Notes: a model not told the origin generated them from the letters alone. A stretch of 64,000 nt of DNA from Lingula anatina (GCA_051362555.1 CM120641.1:14880001-14944000); one strand, 5' to 3'; positions 26,581 through 41,903 are shown, counted from the first letter of the stretch. Program-made: numbers and translations.

Positions 26581-29207
26581 ATGCCAACGTGCTTTCTTTG
26601 CCCCAAGCATGCACATGCGGCACTTCTGTAATTTGCACAGAACACCTAACCTTCGAGCTATATGTATTTCTAAAGTTACAGTGAAAGTAACTTAAATACA
26701 AGCACAGCTAAACTTGCACAATTTTGTCGGTCGTATGGCTTGGCGCTGAGTAGTTTTGGAAATTAAATTCGATATGAGGACAAATATTTTGGTTTTAAAT
26801 TCATGCATGTGAAACAATTTCATACAAGTTAAAAATCAGTGTTATTGCCTGGATATAGAAACATCCCAATTTCTGGTATGATGGATCTGGTATTAACTAC
26901 CCTTGAGAAAAAACAAAGAACCTGATGGAGACAAGAGATGATCAAATAAATGACAATCGTAATCATAAGATACAGTGAAAAGATGTTTAATATACCGATC
27001 CATTCATATAGTCTACAATGAGAGTATATGAATGGGACGGTATATTCATATAGTCTACAATGAGACAGATGGAAATGATCATATCATATCATATCATATA
27101 TATATATATATGTCAGTATTCAATCTATATATTCAATCGTGGATTGTATATATCATGCCCCTGACTGTACAACTGTATTACTTAAACATGTAAGATGTTA
27201 AGTCAAATCCGTTGTAATATTTGTGCTTTTAATAAAACATTATCATCATCAAGGAGATATGCCTCTGGTGAATACAACAACTGGGCGACATGATGTTAGT
27301 TTGACATTTAACACATATTTTACATTAAAAGCCGTCAGGTGTCTGCAGTCATGTACTTTGAATTAGTTATTGCACGTACTAGCTTTAGGCTGGCCCTACA
27401 TGTGCTCTTAACATAACAAAGTGACATAAGCGTATATGATAAGGCACGCGTTGACACATGGCCATTTGGGGCACATACCGGTGCGCGTGGCCAACTGCAT
27501 TTTTAACCATCTATAACTATTATTTCCTGGAAATAAGATGTTAGATTGAATCTTTATGCCTTCAAACATTCGTAAAAAATTAATAAGATTTTCTCAAATC
27601 TGATCACCACAGATGACGGGTGAATGAGACATTGATGAAAGAATCCCTTCACGTGGTACTTTTCTTATTACTATTCATTTTTTTGCACGAAAGCCATACT
27701 TTCAGAAAGATTAGCAGTTTGCTAAAGTGTCCTACACAGGCAAATACCAACCCGTCAGTAACTGGCTCGTGATTGAAACGTTTGGAGAAAGGTCTGACAA
27801 CATACTGTCGTAATGATTTTGAACTGAAATACACAATGAACGCGTATGTAATAGTGACAAGAGCAACAGACACAGCGTGAAAAAATGTCCAAAGGTACAC
27901 TTTATCGTGATAAAAGTAAGGCAACTCACTATTTGATCTATTAAGATATCGTGAGTTAACAGGTGTTTATCAGTTGATATGACCTCTATACATTTCGAAA
28001 CATTTCATTTTTGTTTTCTAATCAGACGAAAAAACATGTTTATAACACTATATTGGGCAATTTTGTGCCAAACAAAATATCCCAAAACCACTAAGATAGC
28101 AATTTTAAGCGCACACACTTCTCGACATGGAAAAAGTATTGTTGTACGTTCAGCGACTAAGCATGACAAATGGCGTTAACACATTAAAATGCCATATAGG
28201 TGGCGAACTTGCGTGCATTTATGTATTTTTCATGTACACTTTTAATGAAAAAAGATGACATTCACGATCACGCACCTTGTTTTGCAGCGGATCCAAAAGC
28301 ACAAGCAATTACTTGGCCAGTTAATGTAATGAAAAAGGTGTGAAATGATTGAAAAGGTATTTCTTTTTCTAATGGTATTGGTGGATCAATGTCTTCTGAT
28401 TTCTGTGATGTAGCGCGACCGTTAATCGCTTTTAATTAAATAAATCGCTTGGTTCAATCTTTGTCCGATCTATTGATACGAAAAAATACTCTCGTTTTAT
28501 TGCGAATCCATGCTTGGAAGCAAGTCTTTTGTACTGTAATCACCTTAGCGGAAACTTAAGAATCGCAAAACAAGCTAGATTTTACATGTTTTGCAATTAA
28601 TAATGTATGACGCTTATGAATAGATTGTGTGTTAGCTATCATCAATCACAAACTTTCGTTGATCCTTTGCAACGGATCTGCATGCTTTTTATCCTTGTTG
28701 AATGGTAGAGGCATACAACTCTTTTCGTCACTCCGTATATTATCATAGAAAAATAACATTTCATGTTTTAACTTAAAAGTTGAAGAAGAATTTTGGATCT
28801 ACGTGTGAATCTTTACTTTGCCTTAGATAGAGACAGCCCTTTTAAAGACATCTTGCCTAACTCAACGGTCAGTTTCTTAGTTGAAGGATTGAGTCGGTTT
28901 ACTCTTGATAACACTGAGAGTCACAAACTATATTTGAAAGGGATTTTATAAGGCAACAAAAGGTTTTTATTCGCTGAGAATCTCGGCTGATATCAAGTGA
29001 TCAACTCCCGTAACCCCTTTTTGAAGGGGAGCAATTATGTGAGCGAAAAACGCTGATTTATATCTTACTTTTTTCGACATCTTAGAGCTGCAGCTTACAT
29101 CTTTCTTGTCTAACATGTAACATGTACACAAGGCATTAGTTACACATGCAATAAGATGGTGTGGAGACACAAATGGTATTTGGATCGCCAGTTGCATGCT
29201 ACCGTTA

Positions 29208-29433
29208 GACCCCATTCCCATAGATATTTAGATCGATCTATCCCCCTGGGAAGTCTCACTAGATTGGTGTCAGCTTAACAGGCTTAAATGTCTGTGTCTC
29301 CTACTAAAAGCTCTAAGGGGGTAATTGACTGTGGTGCGCGCTCGGCTGACTGCAATTTAGTGTGAACCCCCAGGGAGTTAGGTCGATCTAAATCTAAATC
29401 TCTGGATCGATCAAAATCTCTGGCAATGCACCT
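29208..29433. mobile_element. PIF/Harbinger-type MITE, family A, copy 1
   Basis: TTA|GACCCCATTCCCATAGAT ... ATCTCTGGCAATGCACCT|TTA; shares internal AGTCTCACTA and GTGAACCYCCAGGGAGTTAGGTCGATC with copies at 34332 and 57868. Confidence 0.85.
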
Positions 29434-32400
29434 TTAAAGTGTACATTTGGCAGTCCAGCTTGTGCTTGCACATCTCTACGCGATGAGATTTTCCAAGGGC
29501 GGCAATTTAGAGAAAGCTTTACACAGTGATTTTAGTCACACCTGAATTTTGTCGATGAGTTTAGATTGCACAACTGATGTAAGTAGTCATTCACACTAGA
29601 CTTTGGACATAATAACGAATTTTTGTCCATGACTGGACGTACATGCAGTTATGATTTTCAAAACGGCTATTTTGCTAAAATATAAGCTCTAAGCATACGT
29701 AAACAAGAAGAAAAATGTGGTTTTAAAATGGCCTGACAATGGTGTCTCATAATTCAAACATTTTGAATTATTTAGAAGGCATTACGCACACAATATAAGC
29801 CCCGTATTATGAAACTCGTACGCATTCAATTTGCTGAAAAAAATTCTCGTATAATGACTCATATGTGTGAATCTTGTTGCGTTATAGCTAAAATGGAGTT
29901 CAACTACCATAGAAACGTTTTATGAAATAAAATATCATATTGAGAAAAATGTACTAATCATCTGACACTGAACCAATATTTGAACATACTTGCGCCTCTT
30001 AAACTACGGACCTAAGCAGCCTTGTTCTGACATTCATTGGCAGTTTATGCTTCCAGGAGATAGAGGTTACAGCAAGTCCTCATAAAATGTAATTGAAGGT
30101 ACCAAATTAGCGCAATATCAGAAACGAATGCGAGCAAAAACCTCACCTTTCCTCCTGCTGAAGAAAACGAATCGTTTTGAACTTTATTACCGTTTTAAAA
30201 TTTGATCAACAGTTCAAGAGAAAATCAAAATATTTGTTGATGTGGTAGACTAGTTTTTTTTATGAATTTTAATCGAGACTGCAAAACCGCTGAATTCACT
30301 TGAAACTGAGAAGAAATGCGCAGAGATGTGCAATTCTGTGGGTAGTTGAGCTGAGTGGTACTCATAAAGTTTAGATGTATTGACTTTACATGATTATGCG
30401 TACAGTACGGAGAGTGGTGTAACAAGGAGTCGGCCATCCATTTCATCTGTACACGTTAAGATTATCGAAAAATATATTGGGCCAAAACCTAGATCAGGAT
30501 TTGTACAAATCAATTGGAACCTAGCTTTTAACCATGGAAGGGCTTTCAGGTACATGATAGCGGCATAAGGGCATACGTATATTATGCCAAGCGTTTTAAG
30601 TATCGAATACGCCCGTGGTAACGTAAACCTGGATAAGAAGAATCGTGTCTTACGATTATACTTCACCCGATGAAAGTAACCAACATGCACACAGACTGCA
30701 TCATATCTGGACTAAGTTCTCGGATTTTTTGACAGGATTGTCATTTCTAACCTGTCTAGCCGACGTGTAGAGCATGCTTTTTAACCTCTGGACACCAGGC
30801 ACGCTGCCAGGTGTCAAATTGTGCAATACAGAGATCACTGAATGTTAACGCCACATCATGTAAAAATGCGTCACGATGTTCCGTTATCAGCACGATGCCC
30901 GCCCTTTCTCTTTAGATGTCTGGAGACATAAAAGCGAAATGAAGTTATTTTATTTTATCTCTGCCCTCATCAATGTTTCCCGCGTGTCAGTTATCATCTA
31001 AGGCGTCAGGTTTATTGTTTTATGGACGCTCAGGTGTCAGAGTTCATGCCATGCCAAGGGGAGATTAATTCGTTCACCGACACGTTTATAGTGATAACAT
31101 CAACCATTGCGCCTGAATCTAATCACTATATACTGTCGAATCATGGAAGAGTTTTACAGTACAGACAAAGCTCAAATGCTGTGTTTCTTATCTAGATAAA
31201 TATCGAGAAAATATAGTGGTATAGCGGGAGAATATTCGTTTTGGCGCAGACGTGTATATGGTTTTACCAGTAGGGTAGTGTTTTTCTTATTTGTAACACA
31301 TGAGGATGTTACAACACGAAGAATAAGCACCATGAACACTGAAGGCTATAGAAGAAGAGTAATCATACACGGGTAAGGATATATAAATATTTATTCATGC
31401 ACACAGGTAATGCTAAATAATAGCACTGCGTTTATTTCCTAAGGGGAACAGACCCCACTGAGCGAGTCTCTGACCTGGCAACATTCTGCATAAAGTGAAA
31501 GCGTGTAATTTTTGTGACTAGTTTGTGACGCCTGTTTTACGTCGGCAGTATTGGTATATCGTTGTGAAAATAGTCAGTTGGGCATTTTCTGGTCTAAATA
31601 AGAGTATATTTGTGAAATCAATTCCTTGCAAAACAATTATCTTAGCCTAAATATTGATAGATACCATATACCTTTTTCATCTATTTGAATATTGCATTAT
31701 ATTAAGGATATGGTACATAAAATGACGTACAACTAAGAAAACAAAATCGGAATAGTAAGTTATATAAGCTATTTCTATTCATTTAAATTGAAAAAAAAAT
31801 CCACCCAAAAACTCGTTGCACCTTGTGTACAGGGGTAAGATACAAAACTGTACATGCATGTACAAATCCTTTGCGGGGCCTTAACACGCGTGTCAAGTTC
31901 ACGCGGAAGGAGTCTAGATCAGTTATCTAGTTTATCGCAATGACGGGGGTGATACAGTTCGTTTGTGATACCTATAAATCACTTGTAGCACCTTCACAGG
32001 GCATTATTGAATTTTAAAACGCAACTTTCAAGATGAATCAGGCACTGAATTTATGCCTCAGGTTAACATGTTGTCGTTATGGGTAACGTTACTCCGACTT
32101 GTGCACTATTTTCATCAATTCCTAGATTTAACAAACGTTATATCGAGCTACAATTGAAATGATGGCTTTCAAATGAAAAACACATGACATGACACTTGAA
32201 ACTGAGAAGAAAATAAGCAGGATTGTTCAAATTTTGCAACGCATTTCATGGAGCACACGTACATGTATAACATCAAGAATGTATTGCCGTTCCTGATAAC
32301 ATACACTTAGTACCCATAAATGCAGTTACGTATTGCTGAGCTACATGTATCAATCTGTGCCCACTGTGACACGTTGATTGTATTCCAGGATACGTTGTTA

Positions 32401-34331
32401 TTCCGGAGCACGAAGATAATATTTCACATACAAAAAGGAAGAGAACAGAGCGGAAATGACAAAGCTAGAACCTCTGCTTCTCAAAGGTTGAAACTACCAT
32501 TGTGGGCGCTTGATTGCACCTTGTTGGACATCTTTTATATAGATACATGTTTGAAAGCTATAAAACATGTTTTTGTTTATTGGATAACAATTCAGATATA
32601 GGTAAAAAAATCAAAAGCAGAATCACTGTTTGAAAAACCCAGTTTCTGACTGATGCTGGTCCTGACTCCTGCTTTGGTGATTTCAAGAATAGACATAGTT
32701 TTAGCCAACATGATATATGTTTAAGAGATCCACCTAAAAAGACAACAGCATGTTTGCTATCTGCAGCTACAAACCACTCGTGTTTATCTTAATAGTGGGA
32801 TTAATAGTCGCATGGTGGATGAACACTAGCTTATCGGGGCGTATTTGTTTTGGAAATCATGGAACCAGCTAGTCCGCCCTACGGTGTTCTTAGGTAAACG
32901 AAAAACGGGCAGTTCACATGGGGCATCTTCTTAACATATTTTGTACACTGAAACCCGCTTGTTAGAAATAAAATGTTCTAAAACAGTTTTTTAATTATAT
33001 ATTTAAGAAAAATAAGGATTCATTTATTTATTTATTTTGACACTCATTCCTTGGGGTACACTTATATCAAACCCTTTTCTTATGTACACATGCAACGTGA
33101 GTCACTTTCAAGTTGATAAGGGGTTGATAACATGGTAGGATACATGCACTGTAATATGTATTTGATTTTTATTGAATCGATTTCACCAGTTTAGTTACTT
33201 AGAGATAAAAGACAATATCACCATTACATGTATGTCATAACTATTAACTTCTTTAAGCAAGCTTTAACACATGAAAAACAAATAATCTTAAATGAAAAAG
33301 AACTCGCAACTCTAAAATGTAATTTTCTCTTACAGAAGAGCATTAGAAAATTAATTTGTTTGACATTAGTGTGTTTCGTGCTATCAGAATTATAGCTGAC
33401 GTCAACCCATCGTCATCCTATTACAAACTCAAAGTCTCGTTACTGCGCTTCTCGCTTTTAACCTTTCTTGATGTACACAGTTAAATGGGCACCGATTGAC
33501 CTCGTCACAATCTCGTGCGTGATCTGAAAAGCCTCTTCTTCTAGTTAAATTAGCTTTAATATCATAACTTATGTTTGTTTAAGAACACATTTTGGTTGGT
33601 ACATGTGCTACCTTTCTTCAAAAATTTCAATTACCCAAGTCGTATTTTATTTACTTGACATTTGTACGGGAAGAGGGACCTTTACCACTACAGTTTACTA
33701 GTATTTATTGCTTTACTAGTATTATTTATGATTTAGTTTCGAAACTGTATTGTCACGATAAAGTATGACTATCATAATCGGTCTACATTATAAGGCTTGA
33801 AACTTACAATAGTCAATATAAAAGGCATCCTGCGCTCGTTTGAAAATTGCCCCACAGTTTTATTTTTTATTCCGCAAAGCTTCTCACATTTCCTCCATTC
33901 AAACCTAAATGACGATAAAATCTCTAAAATTAATCTGATGCGTACCAAATGTCGTTATTTCTTTCTCACCAATGGAAGCCGTTACTTTTAGCGATTTCAA
34001 GCGGGAAACGACACCATCACCGTCTGTTCAAATGATACAAGGCCATGATGCAGAAAAACCGTGTCATTTTCTTGTGCTGTGAAGTGAAAACGAGACCATA
34101 TCTGGAACGTTTTACTGTGAATGTCGGGAAGGCAGATGTCGGTCTAAATGACTGTCCAGTCATTTAAAACTAAATATATAAGTTAAAAATGGAATAAAAC
34201 ATTGAATCCAAGTGCAGGTACTGGTCGACCAATGATTTGTGAGTGAGAGAAATAGTATTTCCCTAGAAAATTCGTTTAAGCAAGTAATTCTCGAATGACT
34301 TACATGTCCAAGCTAGTGCATGTACCTTTAA

Positions 34332-34579
34332 GGGACCATTCCCACAGATATTTGAATCGATCTCTCTCCCTGGGGAGTCTCACTAAATTGCTATAAAAAC
34401 TAACCGGCTTAAACATCTGTCAAGTCTAGTAAAACTGTTAGGGGATAATTATCTTTACCACTAGCTGATTCGGTAATCGTGACAGTCATTTAAGCCTCTT
34501 GAGATGATAGCAATTTAGCGTGAACCTCCAGGGAGTTAGGTCGATCCAGATGGATCGATCTAAGTATGGGAACCCAGTA
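34332..34579. mobile_element. PIF/Harbinger-type MITE, family A, copy 2
   Basis: TAA|GGGACCATTCCCACAGAT ... TATGGGAACCCAGTA|TTA with the same internal blocks as 29208 and 57868. Confidence 0.8.
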
Positions 34580-34582
34580 TTA

Positions 34583-34706
34583 GGCTGTGTTCAGAATAGA
34601 AGGGGGCGTGCCAGAAAATTGAGTTGATTACATTGATCGCACTTCTGCGAGAATCCCCGATGAGATCGATCCTGCTAGTATGATAACTTCTATTCTGAAC
34701 ACAACC
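34583..34706. mobile_element. 124-bp PIF/Harbinger-type MITE, family B, abutting family A copy 2
   Basis: 20-bp TIRs GGCTGTGTTCAGAATAGAAG / CTTCTATTCTGAACACAACC (1 mismatch) with TTA on both sides. Confidence 0.85.
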
Positions 34707-35917
34707 TTAATCTTTTTGAAATGCCAACTTTTTATTTCATTATAATTTTGTTTAAAGCTAAAATGTACCCCAATTTTATACGTTGAGATTTATCATTAAC
34801 GTAATAAAGGTTGGGTTAGGTTAGGCATTTTTGTGACTTTAAACCATAGGTTTGTGACTTTCCAAGGAACTTAAATATTTACTTTTGTTTTAAGTGAAGC
34901 ATCGAAATAATTTCTATCACATTAATGCCAAAGCTCTGTCAGCTCGAAATGTGACCTCGCTGTTGATAGAGCTCTCACCAAAACACCATTAATTTAACGA
35001 ATTTAAATGTTTTTCCAATCTTCAACTGCTCAATGGACGGATCGCTGTTTTACAGTACATATATAAATGTACTAGCCAAAGCGTCTACAGATGCATATAT
35101 GATCTTCCTGCTCTTGTAGCATGATGTTTTGGCTTTAAGCAAATTATCTTCTAGTTACCTTCTAGATAATTTATGCACTGTTTCATTCAAGTGTCAGCCA
35201 GGGTGGAGTAACCGTCCAACTTTAAAAATAACCGGAGCGTCGTAAGTTTACACCGGAGAGCGGATCATGCAGGGCGGGGGTCTACAATAAGCTCGTTGTT
35301 ATATTGGCTTTGCGATTTATAGACCAAAAATAAATCTGATAAATCATTTTTTGCCTCCGAAGGCGTTCATATCGTATGAAAGTGTTGTCTTTCCTGTTAT
35401 TTTCAGATATCATTTCAGGTAAACTACGATGTATTGGTCCAGTGATAGTAAATAACCACACGGTGCGCCTATACGGTTATAAATATGTCATTCTGAATGT
35501 GTATACCTACCTTCTGCCATACTGGATGCCAGTAAAAACGCGGGCAGGAACACAGATAGAACTTGTTGCCTATCTGCCAGTCAGATATATCGTGCAGTAT
35601 ATAGTTTCAGGAGGGTACCCAAACTAAACGTTGCATTTATTTGTTTCAAAATTAAATGCACTTTTAACCAAGAGTGTACATGTTTGTGTATAAGTGTCTT
35701 GGTAAAACGTCATAAAGAACTTTATTTTGACGATGCACGCACGCTATAAAACCTCGCATATTTACATTAAAAATTTTGCCTCAAATAATTCATTCTTTTA
35801 AATAACCTGCTGGTTATACCGTGACATCGAGGAGGCATGCAGGCACGCGATCAAGCTCCTTTGAGGCAGGGCCAAAATGTCATGTCTCCTAGGTAGAAAC
35901 ACGCTTTCAGCCTCTCA

Positions 35918-36172
35918 GGACTCAATCCCATTGAAACTATCGGTCTCCGTTGATCGATCAAGTCCGCAGGAACTCTTGCTGAATACAATCCGTTAACAAG
36001 ATTAACACGCCTCTCCTTGTTTCCTACATACTCGAATAATCACTAGCTTTTCTGTATTCTTTTCAACGCTAGGAGGAGGCCTGTTAATCTGCTTAACTGA
36101 CTGTATTCAGCAAGATTCCCCCCTGAGTTGAATCGTTCTACGCAGTCTGACAGTGTCAGTGGGAATGAACCC
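35918..36172. mobile_element. Foldback MITE, probably Harbinger-type
   Basis: Termini GGACTCAATCCCATTGAAACT / AGTGTCAGTGGGAATGAACCC and long internal inverted arms (TCTTGCTGAATACA...GATTAACA vs TGTTAATC...TGTATTCAGCAAGA). Confidence 0.65.
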
Positions 36173-36636
36173 TTTAGAAACAGTTTACTTTTTTATCACC
36201 CCAAGGGTAGTGAACGTGCAGACATCCAATTTTGGAGGTGTCCACTTGATTGTCATGTTGCCCTCGCTTCCTTGAAGGGGGCCTGTCACCACAATTTCTG
36301 ATTGGTGTGATTTCCAATTTCATCTGAAGTTAGGTAATTTTGAAGGTAGGTACTTGTACAATTAAAGTAGAAATCATAAAAATACTTGATTTACATTTTC
36401 TCTACATATTGAAATCTCTTCCTGTATCACTTTTCTCTCCTTCCCCAACCCTCCATCCGCACTCTCTTATCATCTTGCGGTAAATTTGTTGACGCTTATT
36501 ACTCCTGTGAGATCATATTTTCTTGGAATGTTTGATTAATTAATTCATTTATTATTATTTTTTGCATATTTCAATTTCTATCTTCCCATTCCCCAACATT
36601 CCTACCCCCTCACCCAAACCCTTCTCTCCCCAAACC

Positions 36637-36675
<39 letters not shown>

Positions 36676-39600
36676 ACATAATTGTAATGAGCCCCCTGGA
36701 AACATATCCCACCGAAACATCACTTCGTTGACCACGTTTTCTTCGTAGAAACAGCTGAGTGTCCTGACCCATATGTTGTTTCCACAAATTGGAAAACTGC
36801 TGTGGAAAATGATAAGGCATGGAGCATATTACATGTATAAACGATCTTTTCCTATCTGATATTTGGCAGCTGGCATTTGTAACGGGAAAAATAACGGGCA
36901 AGAAAAAACTTCAATTAGTTTGTGGTTTGGACATTCTGCAGCTCACAGGAGCAGTTCTGTCGATAGTTGCTTTTTTTGTGGACAATGTCTCCACAAGATA
37001 TTTATGAAATAATGCATGATTTGAATGTTGCCTCTCTGATAGGAACGATAATGAGATTTTTCAATCATATCCCCTGAGTGATTCCGAATGGAACTTGAAA
37101 ACACTTGGAGGTGGTATAGCCTTTATGATGACCGCCCATTACATTGTAAAACAGTTGTTTCTGTGATCAAAAACCTAGATAAGTCAAACCCATAACCTAC
37201 ATGTATGCCACTATCATCATGTGACGGCATTGTCTTCTCCCGAATAATTGTTGTGAATGACAATCTTAATGAATGTGTAATGTGAAACTGTTTTTGCATA
37301 GAAAGTTTAATAAATGTATATGTGGATTCATTTTTCCCCTATCCGTAGCATAGAAACAGTGTTTCACTCTGTGCTAGTTAGTCCAGGAAGGGTACGTACA
37401 GTGTTAGCATTTTTTCATATATTTCTTTGAACTCTCAAGTAATTATCTCCTTCATGTACCCAGGTAACCTACAGGTCGGTCGGTCAATTTAACAAAGTAA
37501 TGCAAAAGCATTTACTGAAACCCCTGCTGTTACAGTTTTCTGAAAATTCCTGGCTTTATACCTTAATATTTCAATTACAGTTCATGTCTCAATTAGCCTG
37601 ATCCCTAAAATGAAGTTCATATAGGAATTGCGCAGGAAATGAAAAACATGATTAGCCTCCCGTTAGCGGTTGGAAATATTTTCTCTGCTTTCATTCTCGT
37701 ACCTGTCTGATCAAAACTGATTGCAATTAGCCCTAAAAGAATCCCACATTGTCTTCTTACTTTTCTTCAGATTAAGTAAGGATGCGATGACGGTCATCAC
37801 ATGTAGATACGACAACAAATTATCTGAATTACGCTGTGGGCACAGTGGTTTCTATTCAGACTATGACGTTCGAAAAAGCTCATCATGTGAGCTTTTGGTT
37901 GTGTGTATTTCACTGTTTCAAGGGTTTCAAGACCCGGTAAGGTACCTTCTGATGGTCTACTGGACTTAAAGACTGTCGTCACAATTCTGTAATGTACTGG
38001 TAAAGACAATGGTTTGGTTTCTGAATTGTACTTAGGAAACTGTTAGCTTTGGAACACAGTCGGATTCGACGGCAATAATGGAGATGATTTAAGTTTTACC
38101 CAGCATTCACTTGTTCACAATGTGTGTTGTTTTTTAAAATTTTATTTCATTTATTACTTTTGATATTATTATCATTATTTGTAAAAATAGCCCAGACATG
38201 GAAGTAAAAATATCTCACATGGTACTGTCCTGACAAAAGCTTTTTCGTATACGGCTGTACCATGATACTGAAGTATAAGAACGAGTAGATGCTTACTCAC
38301 GAATTACATACTAGTGGCCTGTGAGAGGAATTCAGTGGGAGTTCTTGGGGTTCCATCCTAACTGTAAGTAGCGCATTAGCGCATTCAGTTAATCTATCAA
38401 GTGCGGTGGCAGTAGAAGATAAGATCATTCAAACGTGATGACATTCATTGTTTTTCATTTTTATCAATTACTTATCACAGTTACTTATTACAGTTTTGTG
38501 GGGGGCAGTGCGGGTGTACTAAATGTTTGGATTAGCTACTGACACAAATGCGTATTTTTGAGACAACAGGCAAGGTATAAGGTATATTTTCTTAAAGCAT
38601 AAATTAATTTCAAGAGGCATCATGTGACGCGATAAACTCATTATGGTCGGAGAATTAATATAACTCTTTGGCGAAGATTATGGCAGTGAGTTGATATAAT
38701 GTAACGTGGACACTTAACGATCTCGTTTTGTTTCCCGGTAGTTTTTACTCGATTTGAACGAAACGTAGGCTGACAGAAGCAATTAACGGCAAGAGCAAGT
38801 TTAATTGATTGTTGACTTAGCAAAGTGGACGTCCGTTCTCATCGATTGGACAGCGTCTTAAAGGGGAAACATTCAACGTTTACTCTTCAACTGGGCTATC
38901 AATATCAAATATAGAAATAAATCTTATAAAATTCGAGCGGTCCGTGTTTTCGAAGCGGAATGTACAGTACTGGTAGTCACATTAAGGATTAACATTATGA
39001 TAACAGCATACCGACATAAAACCCATACACTGTATAACACATTGTGTATCGAGGAAGAAGGATGACACGATGTAGCAATTTAATAAGATTTGTCAAATTA
39101 AATGTTAGTTTTGCTAATACATGTACGAATTTTGTCTGTAGCATGTGTGAGCGATAAAAAAAAATGACAAAATTAACCACTGAGAAATTTCTAATCAAAC
39201 CAACATCGTCACAGTAATTGATTTGGCAATCATAATCAAATGGCCAATTTTTTGAAACATGGAACTCAGAGGAAGCAATATTTAATTTTTCGCGTACCAA
39301 TGTTTCTTGTCATCCCTCTACAACCTTTTGGTCTACAAAAATCTATTACAGTGCCGTTAACCAAAAAAACCTCTCGAGAATCTGCAGAGCAAGATATTAG
39401 AACAAAACCAACATGATGGATAATTATTTTGAAAACGGAACGTATTGATGTGCCACAGAAGGTGGTGGTTGCGTATCGATTAAATGGTTTTGAGGCAGCG
39501 CCAGAAACGGATAGGCCAAAGGCGTGGAGGCTTTCAGGTTAATGTTGACGCTACTAATGCACAAATGGATTTTACCGGAACTTGTAACAAATAATTCACT

Positions 39601-39931
39601 CGCTGTTGGTTTCTGAATTTTATTGTAATTGTCGAGACATTGCATGAAAGTGATTTATGATGGCTTTGATGATATCCATCTTAAGTATGAAACAAAACTC
39701 TTTAAAATCAATTGACAGACTGCACTATTTGAACAGTTTATGCCATATTCTTTTCGGAAAAGCGGTTCAGGAAATACGCTCTATGCGACAACACAGCCTA
39801 TGTACACCGTGTGTCTGCGCACGCAGCATTTTCAAGTATGTTTAAAGACAGTTACACGTAACCCAACATTTAACAATTTAAATGTACGAAATGCAGTAGC
39901 CATTTTGTTGCGTTCTCCACTACAGACTTAA

Positions 39932-40268
39932 AGGGATAATAACTCTTCGTTTTGGCCAAAAAATGAATTTTTCTGTAGTAAACAACAATTTCCCCATACT
40001 TACCAATGGTTAATGAACCCATTTTCACATTCAAAGTTAGTACCTGTTTTTTTTATAAAAAGTTTGGTTTTTTGTTAAAATCTCTTAAGAGATTATAACA
40101 GAGTATAGCCATCAATGGAGGTCACGTGATCTGAAGACAAGCTCAGATATCAGAATAATAGCTATAACTGCTGTTTTTGTCGTAAAACAGAATATATTAT
40201 ATTTCTATGAGTTATTCACAATGTTTTTATTGTGAAATATAGATCTCATACGAAGAGTTATTATCCCT
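39932..40268. mobile_element. Non-autonomous TTAA-targeting element (Kolobok-like)
   Basis: Perfect 19-bp TIRs AGGGATAATAACTCTTCGT / ACGAAGAGTTATTATCCCT with TTAA on both sides; purine-start termini fit Kolobok better than piggyBac. Confidence 0.85.
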
Positions 40269-41782
40269 TTAATATTGCATAATACAAAAATATGTACGAC
40301 TAGGTACCGATGTGAATGGAACAAGATTAAAGACTAAATTAATTTATATTTCAAGTTTAATCTGTCTTACACACAAGGTAGAGGCCGTTCTACATGTGCG
40401 TTAAATGTTAAAATGGCAATCGCCAATTTTGTTTTTTGGCGTTAACATTACTGAGGCACAGTTAACGTTGAAACATGTTTTTTCACTTCCCTATGTGTCT
40501 GTTATTCGTGGAGGAAATGTTTAACTTCTAGCATTAACCAATTCTATTCTCTTTTCGGTCGGTCGGTTACTTATTTATTCTGTGGTTCGTTTCATGTAAA
40601 ATTTGAGTGCTTCTGCTTTATTCAACACTACAAACAACTAAACTTAACAATGTAAAAAAGTAAAATACCTCTTTTGAGACGAAAAGAATACTTGTAAGTC
40701 ATTACTGAGCTATTCTTACGGTTTTGATATATTGACGCATACTATAAGGGCATTACTTTTTACACGGACCATGATACGTGAATGGCGGAGTGCATGGACT
40801 TCCTTAAGGACGAATTACAACTTTCCTTGTAAATAATGGCAGCGATAAAACGTGTAATCGGCTTACAGTGCTATGCATCCTGGACATATTTCTGGGTAAT
40901 ACTTTGCGGTCTTCGAAATCGCCTCAATTTGCTAAAATTTGTTTTTTGCTTTTTTGTGTTACCTTTGACAGGGAATCCCGAGTTCTCTTAGGATCTGATA
41001 ATAAAAGGTAGATATAGTGGTCTAATTTAGATATTTTAGAATGCAGATGAAGAATTCAGGTTGACAGGTTGATTAGATAATCGTGTAGTTAACAGTGATG
41101 ACAGTAGGAAGGTTTGAAGAAATTACACTGAAAGTGGGGCCCTTTATCTCCTTCCCAACCGCTACGAAGTCTGAAAATTGAATAAGGAAGCTGGGGTTTT
41201 GAAAGGAACACAGGTATTCTTTTTGAGTCTACCATTCCTAGACACAGGTGATCTTAAGTATTTAGTCGGAAGGCCTCCCCCTTTTGTTACGTTAGGCAAC
41301 ATATATAATATCTATCTTACACTGTACGTCAGATCTCTCTCAAAACTTTAAAAGGCGTTTAACGGGTATGAACCAAGTGTCTTCTGATCGATTTTCTATT
41401 ATAAACGTCACTTACTAAACCAGTTAAATCAAACTTTTAAATGCTTTTAGAATTCGAATATATCCAAGGAAGTAAGGCATTGCATTGATCAATCAAATGA
41501 GTGCCACGGATAAGAGTTGACTTTTAGGGTAGGTAACTGAGACTTGAACGGCTTTATTTTCTTATCGGGTAAATTCGTATCATGTGAAAATCAATTCTTA
41601 TCACTGTCACTCTGAATGATTAGCTCTGCCTACATCTTTTTACCCACCAGGAAATGCCACATTTCAGGCTACATGTACGAGGACAATCATTCACAACGAA
41701 CCACAAAGTACGTCTACCGTGTAATTTTTTTTTACATATAGAAATATATTCTGTTATGTTGGCTGTGTGTTTTAGGTTTGTT

Positions 41783-41903
41783 AACACACACACAAGTTAA
41801 GATGTACGTTCAGGGCCAATTTTATGTAACTTGGTGTCCTAAACACACACAAGTTGAGATATACATTCAGGGCCAGATTTAGTTATCTTGGTGCCCTGAA
41901 CAC
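41783..41903. repeat. Two-unit ~59-bp tandem duplication
   Basis: AACACACACAAGTTRAGATRTACRTTCAGGGCCA...CTTGGTGYCCT occurs twice. Confidence 0.8.
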
